Origin: Candidatus Saccharimonadota bacterium
GTDB lineage: Bacteria > Patescibacteriota > Gracilibacteria > BD1-5 > UBA6164
Direction: 5' to 3'
Length of the DNA: 32,000 nucleotides
Assembly: GCA_965227835.1 (NCBI GenBank)
Contig: OZ245768.1
Span: forward strand, 180,001 to 212,000
Positions 11,650 through 20,243 of the stretch are shown piece by piece. The notes beneath the pieces are model-generated. The model saw nothing but the letters and a program-made list of their open reading frames with translations, did no database searches and was not told where the DNA came from. A program made the translations under genes and the position numbers. Within the stretch, counting starts at the first letter, position 1, and every line of letters starts with the position of its first letter.

Positions 11650-12582
11650 CTAACTATTTACTATTTCCATTTCACTTTTTCAAGTATTTTTTTCTTTAAT
11701 TTTTGATTCTATACATTTTATCATTTTTTTTATTTCGTTTTCTAAATCGTTTATCAATACTATATAATTTATAGAGTATTCAAAAATTTCTTTTCATTTT
11801 GAAGTTAAATTTACTTTTCAATTAACTTGTTCAAAGATTTCTCATCATATAATATTTTTTGTCTTTCTTATATTATGACTAACTGCACTCTGGGTAATTG
11901 ATTTTTTTGATGCGTATTCTGATATTTTACAATCATATTTTACAACTAATTCATATAAAACAAAAAGTATCATGGTTAGATTTTTAGGAATTTGAGATTT
12001 AGGATTTTTTCAAATTATATTTTTTATTACAGTTTCATCATGAAAATCTTTTATTGTATCTATTACTTCAATATCCATATCTTTTAAATCTAATTTTTCA
12101 TCTTCATTACTGAATATTAATAACCTAATATCGCTTTTTAAACTTTCCCATTTTTCTTGATTTACATCTATTGATTTTTTTATATTTAAAATTTCTCTTA
12201 TTCTATATAAAGCATCATTATTTTCTTTAGAGTTTTTACTTTTGATTAAGACATTTAATTCTTTTAATAGGTTAGAAACCATACTTAATTTATATAATAT
12301 ATTTTTTTTAAAGAAATTTATTTCTTTATCGTTACTATTAAGTATATCTATTATATTTTTTCTAGTATTAATATTTGTTATTTTAATTAAATCTTTTATT
12401 TGATGTGAAAATAAAGACTGAGTTAAACCTAATTTATTAGAATATTCACTTAAGTTTACTTGTTTTAAAAATAAGGATAAAGATGCCATTTGAATAATGC
12501 TAATTTTTTTAGGTTCTTTATATTTTTTACTTTCTAAATTCATTTTTAATTTTTTAAAAAATATCAAACTATATATAAACAT
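11650..12582 (-). CDS. DNA-binding protein with two LysR-type HTH motifs and no effector-binding domain
   Basis: Track ORF 12010-12582 continues through TGA 12010-12012 to TAG 11650-11652. N-terminal HTH: LSEYSNKLGLTQSLFSHQIKDL. C-terminal HTH_1-like module: KISEYASKKSITQSAVSHNIRKTKNIIGGEIFEQVNGKVNLTSKGKEIFEY. The real start is probably MNLESKK at 12543. Confidence 0.6.
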
Positions 12583-12672
12583 TATTTTAAATAAGTCAAT
12601 TTTTTCTTCTTATAATGGTTTAAAAATTACTTTTTCAAAAAATTTAACACTCAAAACTTTAATTAACCAATA

Positions 12673-14295
12673 CTAATTTCTTTCTAATTTAAACTTACTT
12701 TCAAAATATATAATATTAAAGACATTTTCTAGAGCTTTTAATAAAGCCATTTCTGTATCGTTATCTACACCAATACCTTCACTAATTTTTCAAGAATTAT
12801 CTTTTTTTACTCTTATTCTTGTTTCAGCTCTTGATCTCTCTCATAATGTTTCTGACTTAGAGCTATAGTCTAATACACTGTATCAAGGGATTTTTCTTGA
12901 TATGTATTCTTTTAATCAAATAAATACCGTTTCTCATTTCAATTCTAAACTATTTTTACCAAAAATTTCTCATTCAAATATTACAGAAATATTTTTGTCT
13001 CATTCTATATTATTTTTGCTATAATTTGATATTTTTATAGGACTCACATATTCAAAATAAAGTTCTAGTAGTTCTTCATCTGTAATTCATTTATATCTAC
13101 CTGTTTCTCTCATTTTTTTCTTCAAAAACTCATCTAGAGATCTTTTATTTTTATGCGAGCATGAATATCATTTAGAATTTATTATACTTATAGCCAAATT
13201 TCAACCAGAATTGGGTCAATATATAAATGATATTTTTGATCAAACTAGTTCAGGATCAAATGCTTGATACACACAAGGATTTTTTAGCATTGCTCTAGTA
13301 TGTCATCCTGAAGTATGTTTCATAGCATTTCCTCAAACAACAGGATAGTTATCTTGTACTTTAAGCATAGATTTAGAAACCATTTTTGAAACTCTATTAA
13401 TATTAGAAGCATTTATATGATCTATATCAAATATATTTTTAAGAGTAGTTTTCATTCTTACTATAATTTGATTTGAATCTGCATTTCAGGCTCTTTCTCA
13501 TATTCAATTTATAGTTGTTTCCACCTTTGAAATTCAAGTTCATTTTAATAGTGCTTCTATACTATTTTGTTCTGCCGTTCATAAATCATTATGATTATGT
13601 ACGGAAAAGATAAATTTGTTTTCAGGAAATACTTTATTCATTATCTCTATATGTTTTTTTATCTTTTCTAAGAAGTATTCTTCGTTTTTGTTATAAATAT
13701 CTTGTCATCATATGGTATCAGGCATATTAAAATATGTGGTTCCATTTTCTCAAGCAGCTATCATAGCTTCAGTACAAAAACCAAAATTTTTTCATATTTT
13801 TGAGTATCATTCGGGAGAAAACTGTACTATAAATCACATATCGTATGCCATTTTTGAAAATTTTGCAATATCTTTAAGCACTTGATTGTCTGATATTTTA
13901 TTTCAAATACTAGCTTTTCTAAGTTCTGGATCAAAAGGGAAGTATATATGAAAAAAACCTTTTTTTATTCATGATAATGGCTCTAATGCTTTTAATGTAG
14001 ATTCTACTTGAAAATCTATCATTTGTGTGAGTCATCATACTATAGTAGAAATTTCTCAGTTTTTGCACATTTTTGCAACTTCATTTACTCTTCTCCATTC
14101 ATTTTTTGAAGAAGAAGGAAATCAAACTTCGCATATATCAAAACCTATATCATCAAGTCACCTTACAATATCAAAGTAATCTTTATCAGATTCTATTCAT
14201 GCCCCGGGACATTGATGTCAATCTCTAAGAGTTGTGTCTAGAAAAATAATTTTTTTCCTTCAATCATCTCCTATGTTTTCTCATTTTGTATTCAT
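12673..14295 (-). CDS. leuA: 2-isopropylmalate synthase family protein (LeuA/homocitrate/citramalate synthase-like)
   Basis: 540 aa. Motifs: IFLDTTLRDGHQCPGAG, FSVHNHNDLGTAEQNSIEAL, ETTINGIGERAGNAD, VVGGNAMKHTSGGH. C-terminal regulatory-domain-like segment: ETRIRVKKDNSGKISEGIGVDNDTEMALLKALENV. TAG at 12673-12675. Confidence 0.85.
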
Positions 14296-14315
14296 AATTT
14301 AAATATTTTAGGAAA

Positions 14316-14398
14316 TAAAAAAGCTCTTTAGTATCTATTTTACCTAAGAGCTAATGTTTATAATTTTTTAATTCACACTAAAAACTGGCTCTTAGGTT
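14316..14398 (-). promoter_or_regulatory. transcription attenuator (alternative antiterminator/terminator) in the leuA leader
   Basis: RNA segment A, ACCUAAGAGC (14398-14389), pairs perfectly with B, GCUCUUAGGU (14351-14342). B also forms a terminator stem with C, CUAAAGAGCU (14331-14322), which is followed by a U-run about 20 nt before the leuA ATG. Confidence 0.7.
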
Positions 14399-14445
14399 TT
14401 TCCTAAAAGCAGTAGTAAAGAAGCTATTTTAAATTCTGTAGACAT
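14392..14445 (-). CDS. leucine-rich leader peptide, 17 aa (MSTEFKIASLLLLLGKT)
   Basis: ATG TCT ACA GAA TTT AAA ATA GCT TCT TTA CTA CTG CTT TTA GGA AAA ACC TAA. It has five consecutive Leu codons, and the stop codon lies inside antiterminator arm A. Confidence 0.65.
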   Translation of the reverse strand: MSTEFKIASLLLLLGKT

Positions 14446-14619
14446 ATTAGTGTGTTAAATCTAATTACAAAACTAATTTATTTTTTTTGTTTGTTTTGTC
14501 AAGAAAATTAGTTAATTTTTAATTATCTGTACCAGTAGATAGGTACCAATATTTATTGATATGGAATTGTGTAAAAAAGAGGATGAGGATATAATAGATT
14601 TTGTAAAAAATTTTACTTT

Positions 14620-15153
14620 CTAAGAAACCATCAAATCTTCAATCATTTTTACTTCTTCAGACATTGATTCTTTAAAGTTTGCTTTAACATGATTAATCCA
14701 ATCATTCTCCACTACAAACAATTTATCCTCACTACAAAGACTATCTTCAAACCAAATAACCTTTCTATAATTTCATTTAAATTCTTCAATAACCTTTTTT
14801 ACATATCTTGATTTAGGTACTCAAATTCAAGTGCTAATTTTATCATAATCAACTCTATTTTTAAATTTTATAATTTTTTCTCAATCATATAAGAAAAAAT
14901 CTTTTTTATTTCAATTTAAACTCAATTCTCTAGCAACTAATTGCTGACCTCTTATTCAAACAGAGCTAAAAAATACAACCATTAAACTTTCTTTATATTT
15001 TTCTAAAAAATCAGAAAAGACTCTTATATCTTCTCTCAAAGGCATTACTCAATTCAAAATTAACTCTTCTTTATTATTCCAAAATTCACTTCTAGAGTTA
15101 CTATGAGGATTGTCTATTGTGTCATTTATGTCTAATAGTAATATATCTTTCAT
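14620..15153 (-). CDS. hypothetical protein, possibly HAD-superfamily-like hydrolase (177 aa)
   Basis: MKDILLLDINDTIDNPHSNS... has a DxDxT-like N-terminal motif with Asn at the second acidic position. Also ...VVFFSSVGIRGQQLVAREL...VIWFEDS. The family assignment is weak. Confidence 0.45.
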
Positions 15154-15208
15154 ATAAATTTTTAATAACAATATTTCTTGACTTTTTTATTTAACCTGTA
15201 TTGTATTA

Positions 15209-15248
15209 ATAATAATTGAATATCCAAATTAGATATTTCAATTATTAT
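15209..15248. promoter_or_regulatory. 40-bp palindrome in the divergent promoter region (candidate operator)
   Basis: ataataattgaa (15209-15220) and ttcaattattat (15237-15248) are perfect inverted repeats. The inner atatc/gatat extends the arms. It lies 40 nt upstream of the 15289 start. Confidence 0.5.
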
Positions 15249-15288
15249 CAATTCTTGGTTATAATCATTTTCAAAAAGGAGTTAAAAT

Positions 15289-15603
15289 ATGATTTACCCT
15301 AATAGCACATCTCATGCTTTTATGGATATACTCTATAAAAATCATCTTCAAACAAGAGTTAATATTAAATCTAAGATTAGAGATTTATTTCCCAATAATA
15401 ACCCTAATTCTATTAATGAGTTAATTGCTCGTCTTTCATCTAAAAAACTTATATCAAAGGGCTTATTTGAATTATCTACTGTTTGTAAAGGAGAAGATGT
15501 AAATATCATGGTAGAATGTTACTTTTTAACTGATAAAGGTAATAAAGAATATCTTGAATGCGAGAGAAAAATTGGAAATTATTTAAATAGACCTGATTCT
15601 TAG
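15289..15603 (+). CDS. small protein, possible winged-helix DNA-binding protein (104 aa)
   Basis: Intact even in the standard code (no TGA). AAGGAG Shine-Dalgarno 8 nt upstream. INELIARLSSKKLISKG followed by a beta-hairpin-like IMVECYFLTDKGNKEYLE. A terminator hairpin follows. Confidence 0.6.
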   Translation: MIYPNSTSHAFMDILYKNHLQTRVNIKSKIRDLFPNNNPNSINELIARLSSKKLISKGLFELSTVCKGEDVNIMVECYFLTDKGNKEYLECERKIGNYLNRPDS

Positions 15604-15621
15604 TCTATTAACCAAAAATAT

Positions 15622-15648
15622 CCCCCTATCTTTATAATGAGTAGGGGG
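15622..15648. terminator. bidirectional hairpin cccccta-N13-taggggg
   Basis: 7-bp GC-rich stem followed by aaattttt. It sits between the convergent genes 15289-15603 (+) and 15655-15954 (-). Confidence 0.55.
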
Positions 15649-15654
15649 AAATTT

Positions 15655-15954
15655 TTAACAATTTTCTCAAATATTATTTTCCTCTATTTTCAAACTTTCT
15701 TTATGAATTCTATTCCAAATATCAATTATAAAATCTTTGCTTATTCAAAACTCTAAGCCTTTTTCTATATTGTCTCTCAAAAGTTTCTCCCATCTGTTTT
15801 TTTGTAACACAGAAATCTTTTCTTTTTCTTTTATTTCTCATATTTTTTTCACTATAGAAAACCTTTTAAAAAAGAGATAGATAATTTCTTTATCCAAAGA
15901 ATCTATCTCTTTTCTATAGTCTTTTAATAAATTTTCTTTTTTTGTCTCTCACAT
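15655..15954 (-). CDS. chorismate mutase (AroQ/type II)
   Basis: 99 aa: MGETKKENLLKDYRKEIDSLDKEIIYLFFKRFSIVKKIGEIKEKEKISVLQKNRWEKLLRDNIEKGLEFGISKDFIIDIWNRIHKESLKIE. This is the typical LRxEIDxxDxEll..l.kR pattern. Confidence 0.7.
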
Positions 15955-15970
15955 ATTTTTGCTTGTGTTT

Positions 15971-16603
15971 TTATAATTCTGTTTCATCTGAATATGTCTT
16001 TTTTTCTTCTTTTTTATACCAAGTTCCTTCTTCTATTCTTTCTTCTTTAACCTTTATAGAAAAATCTGCTACTTTAAATATCCATCACCTTTTAGCTTCA
16101 GTATCATAATCACTAAATTCTTCAACAACTCAATTTTGTGATGCAAATTCCACAACTTGTTCTTGCCAACTTTTAGATGAGTTCTCATCTATTTCAAAAT
16201 CTGTAAATCATATAGATTTTATTAACATAATTAAAGCTTCTGCTTTGGAAATATTATCTTCTGGTCTGAAAGAATCATTTCTTGATATAAGATTGTTTTC
16301 TACTAAGGCTTCTATATTCTTACATGCCCAATCGTTTGGATTTACACTACTTACATCATCAAATATATTTTTACAATAATTATTTTCTTCTACTCCAGAA
16401 ACTCTCCTAGATATAAGGGCAATTTCTTGTCTCAATACAAAATCATCTAAATTATATAAAGAGGGATCAAAAGATTTATCTTTAATAACTTCTTTTTGTG
16501 CTAGATTATTTGCAGAATCAAGTTCTTCACTTGTATAGGAATTAGCACTATTCAATCAAAATAAAAAAGATAATGCAAGTAATATAAACAATATTTTTTT
16601 CAT
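15971..16603 (-). CDS. secreted protein with an S-layer-homology (SLH) domain
   Basis: Extends track ORF 16208-16555 in both directions. Signal peptide: MKKILFILLALSFLFGLNSANS. SLH-like segment: FDDVSSVNPNDWACKNIEALVENNLISRNDSFRPEDNISKAEALIMLIKSIG. TAA at 15971-15973, 17 nt before the chorismate mutase start. Confidence 0.7.
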
Positions 16604-16656
16604 AAAATAAATTTAATAATATAAAATAGTTTTTTGGAGGATTTTTTTAAATAATT

Positions 16657-17534
16657 TTAAACCCTCAAATCTTCCAAAGCTCTTATTCTATCATCTAAAT
16701 CTGGATGAGAAGAAAAAAGTCTCATAAATCATCATTTTCGTCTACCAGATATCTTCATACTTGCAAATTTATTATCTACAGGAGGAAAATCTTTAATTTT
16801 TTTCAAAGCTTCCAAAGCTTTTATCATTTTGTCTTTTCATAAATAAACTGCACTTCAAGCATCAGCTTTATATTCTCTATACCTACTAAACCACATAGCT
16901 ATAATAGAAGCTAGAATTCAAAAAACTATCTCAAGTAATATAACCACTCCATAGTACCCAAGCATTCAAAACTTACCATCTGTTACATTGTTGAAAACAT
17001 TTGCTAATATTCTTGCAAAAAATATTACAAATGTATTTAATATTCATTGCAATAAAGTCATAGTTACCATATCTCAATTGAGAATATGTGCCATTTCATG
17101 ACCAACTACTCACTCTATTTCATCTTGTGTCATTTTGTCTAAAAGTCCTGTAGAAACTGCTACCAAACTACTATTCTTTGATGCTCATGTAGCAAAAGCA
17201 TTTATATCATCACTTTTATAAATTCAAACTTCAGGCATTGTTATATGATATCTTTCAGCCAAAGATTCTACTACTGACCAAACTAGTTTTTCTTTTTTTC
17301 AAAGAGAGCTTATATCATCTTTTCCTATTATATCTATTTTGTAGGCTTTCTTTGCCATCCATTTGGATATAAAAAGACTTATAAAAGCTCAAGCGAATCA
17401 AAAAATAGAGGCAAATATCAAAATTCATAAATATCATCCTCCATAAGCACTAATATTTATTCAAAAAATCTTCTCAATAACGGCAATTGATATAGTTAAT
17501 ACAACTATTATTGCTATATTTGTTATTAAAAACA
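16657..17534 (-). CDS. htpX: HtpX-family M48 zinc protease, reading frame interrupted by a 1-nt shift in an A5 run at 17400-17404
   Basis: C-terminal frame (16657-17403): [96 protein letters not shown]. The N-terminal TM1 (TTG 17534; LFLITNIAIIVVLTISIAVIEKIFGINISAYGGGYLGILIFASIF) is in a different frame. Total length is 878 nt, not a multiple of 3. Confidence 0.75.
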
Positions 17535-17595
17535 AAGTATTCTTTTAAACATATTTATAATTTTTAAAATATAATTTTTTGTTACAATGCTTATA

Positions 17596-18945
17596 TTATA
17601 AAGCTAAATTCATCTGTCAAACATTTTGTCTTGGTGTTTCTAATTCACTACAATTGTTGTTTCTCGACAAAAACATTTCTATTATTTCAAGATCATATTT
17701 TATATTATGACCCACCACTAATATATCTAAATCAAATAAATCTTTTAAGAATTTTTTTAAATTTTCTTCAGATACTTTTGTTCAACTATGCATTAAGTTT
17801 ATATAATATATATTTTCATCATCTAAATATATACTTACTCATACTAATCTAGCTTTATATATATTCAGAGATGTAGTTTCTGTATCTAAAATTATCTCCT
17901 TGTAATTTTTTAACTCTCTAAAAAGTTCTTCTAATCATAAATCATCTCATATTATTTTTACTTTCAGTTTCAAATCTTCCCATTTTTTTAATTTCCTAGA
18001 TTCTTGTCATAAAAAACTATTAAACTCCAAATCTTTCAGAATGTTTTTTACCTCATCATTCAAATAATTTTTTGGATTAAATTCATAATCCTTTAAATCA
18101 AAACTAGCTGAACTATTTCAAGATAAAAATGATAAATCTATATCTCAAACTAGGCTTGCTAGTTTTTTTGATAAAAATGCATTTTGCCTGTTTCCTTCAA
18201 GTTTCTCTAGAGACTTTCATCTAAATATTTTTTTTGTTTCATCTTCAAGTTTTTCAAAATCTCTAGAATCCAATACATCATATATTTTTTCAATACCTCA
18301 AATACTATTTATCAAAGTTACTGCTTTTTTTGGTCAAAAAGACTCAATTCAAACTATATTATCTGATTTATCTCAAACAATAGCCAAATAATCTGTGATC
18401 ATCTTTGGTTCTACTCAAAATTTCTCTAGAGTTTCTTTAGGTCAGTATCTTTTTCTTTTCATAGTATCATATATTTTCACATTTTCAGATACTAAGCTAT
18501 GTAAATCTTTGTCTCAAGAAAGTATATCAATTTCTACATTTTCTATTTTGTATTTTTCTAAAAGGTGGTTTGATTCTTTTTTTGTTAAATGCTTTACCAA
18601 ACTTGCTATTATATCATCAGCTTCATATCAATCTACTTGTATTATTGGTATTCACATCTTTGATATTATATTTTCTATTATTGGTATTTGGCTTCTTAAA
18701 TTATCAGGCATTTTTGATCTAGTTGCTTTGTAATTTTCATCTATTTCATGTCTGAACGTTTTTCATTTGGAATCTTTTATAAATACCACAAAATCTGGAT
18801 TTTCACGAGGTAGTTGTTCCAAAAATAATCTAACCATCCCATATACAGAATTTACATATTCTCATGATTTTGTAACTAGTTCAGGTAATCAATAAAACAT
18901 TCTGTATATAAAACTGCTTGCATCTATTAGATATATTTTTTTCAT
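17596..18945 (-). CDS. polA: DNA polymerase I N-terminal portion only (5'-3' exonuclease plus truncated 3'-5' exonuclease domain; no polymerase domain)
   Basis: 449 aa. Motifs: YLIDASSFIYRMFYG, YKATRSKMPDNL, GYEADDIIASL, ILSGDKDLHSLV, ITDYLAIVGDKSDNIVGIESFGPKKAVTLI, then ILDTETTSLN (ExoI) and VVGHNIKYDLEII (ExoII). The frame ends 27 codons later at TAA 17596-17598. Confidence 0.8.
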
Positions 18946-19092
18946 ATATGTTTGAATATTATAAAATAGTTTTTTCTTACCTATTATAATCCCTTACACT
19001 CAAAATTATTTGAAGAATTTATTTGATAATTAATCTTTTACCCAATTTTTACTCAAATGCCTTTGTTTTATTTAAATTTTATTTTTAATACT

Positions 19093-19527
19093 CTATTTTT
19101 TCAATTTTTTTACCATAACTTTTGTATAAAAAAATATAGCTCAAAGCAGTAAACCAAAAATCACATGTCATATAAATATATTTAGGTTTTGCATTATATC
19201 TATAAATGCTTGTAGGAAGCCTCATCAAAATTTTAATGGTTTGACTATCACACTAGCAAGAACCCAAGAGAAAAGAGAGAAAGCAGAAGCATATATTAGC
19301 GAACTTTTTAAATCAATAACTCTTTTTTGAAAAATTGCTCAAAATAAAATTCATAAAATAGTACTTGCAAAAAGGTGTATTAAAAAAGCTATTGTTACAC
19401 TCGGAGCATTAAAGTTTTCTACAATTTTTGGTAGTGCATTTGTTACAAGCAATAATATTCATATTAACAATCATGATAACAAGCCAGAAAAGCCTCATAC
19501 TAAGGTTTCAAAGATAAATTTTTTCAT
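19093..19527 (-). CDS. hypothetical membrane protein (144 aa, about 4 TM)
   Basis: MKKFIFETLVGGFSGLLSGLLIGILLLVTNALPKIV...FGGGFLQAFIDIMQNLNIFIGHVIFGLLLGAIFFY. Many TGA-Gly codons. TAG at 19093-19095. Confidence 0.5.
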
Positions 19528-19650
19528 TTTTTAACTTTTGTTTAAATATTAAAATAGTTTATTTTTTATATTAAATCTCAAATAATTTTTATTCAACAAG
19601 TCTAATCAAAACTTGTAATTTAGTCAATTTGGATTTTTAAAATAATTTTT

Positions 19651-19678
19651 TTGACAAAAATGTATTTATTGATATAAT
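19651..19678 (+). promoter_or_regulatory. near-consensus sigma70-type promoter
   Basis: TTGACA (19651-19656), 16-nt spacer, TGaTATAAT (extended -10, TATAAT at 19673-19678). It lies about 130 nt upstream of the 19809 start. Confidence 0.55.
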
Positions 19679-19808
19679 AGTTATAAGATTTTAAGATATA
19701 TTAAAATCTAGTTTGTTAGTTTTTGAAAATATTTACTAGAAGTTTTACTTTTATAAATTAATTTTCATCAATTAATAGATCTTTAAAATCCCAAAGAGGA
19801 GACTAATT

Positions 19809-20033
19809 ATGGATTTTTATACTGATGAACAGGTAGAATTAATTGCACCAAAAGGTAAGTTTCGTGTGACCTTACTTGATACCTTTGATAGAGAAAGTGA
19901 GCATCTTTTGTTAGGTGATTTCGATACAGAAGAAGAAGCCCAAAAACTTGCTAAAAAAAGAGGTGGACCTATGACTATAACTGATGTTTATAACGATCAA
20001 GGTCTTAATATTGGTCAATATGGAACTTATTAA
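19809..20033 (+). CDS. small acidic protein (74 aa), function unknown
   Basis: Intact in the standard code. GAGGAG Shine-Dalgarno. All 7 Gly are GGN and none is TGA. Visibly more GC-rich than neighbouring genes. MDFYTDEQVELIAPKGKFRVTLLDTFDRESEHLLLGDFDTEEEAQKLAKKRGGPMTITDVYNDQGLNIGQYGTY. Confidence 0.65.
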   Translation: MDFYTDEQVELIAPKGKFRVTLLDTFDRESEHLLLGDFDTEEEAQKLAKKRGGPMTITDVYNDQGLNIGQYGTY

Positions 20034-20055
20034 TCATCATTTAAGCTTTCTACTA

Positions 20056-20089
20056 AAATACCGTTGGGTAAACCCAACGGTATTTTTTT
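20056..20089 (+). terminator. strong intrinsic terminator
   Basis: ataccgttggg-taaa-cccaacggtat followed by a T-run. Confidence 0.75.
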
Positions 20090-20243
20090 AAATTTTTTAA
20101 AATAAAATTAGATTTTTTTATCAAAAGCCAGCTATATTTGAATTTAAAAATAAGTAGAAACTAAAAAGAATAGCACAAATCCTTGACTTTTATTTTAAAA
20201 TTTTTATAGTAAGGTTATTTTAAAAATTTAATGTTTATATTCT

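Noticed and set aside
14296-14640. T-box riboswitch or other riboswitch in the leuA leader
   Set aside because: There is no T-box consensus (AGGGUGGNACCGCG-like) and no specifier-loop architecture. The short ORF with five consecutive Leu codons, overlapping the antiterminator arm, explains the structure better.
18395-18733. Track ORF, plus strand, 112 aa
   Set aside because: It is antisense to the 5'-nuclease domain of polA.
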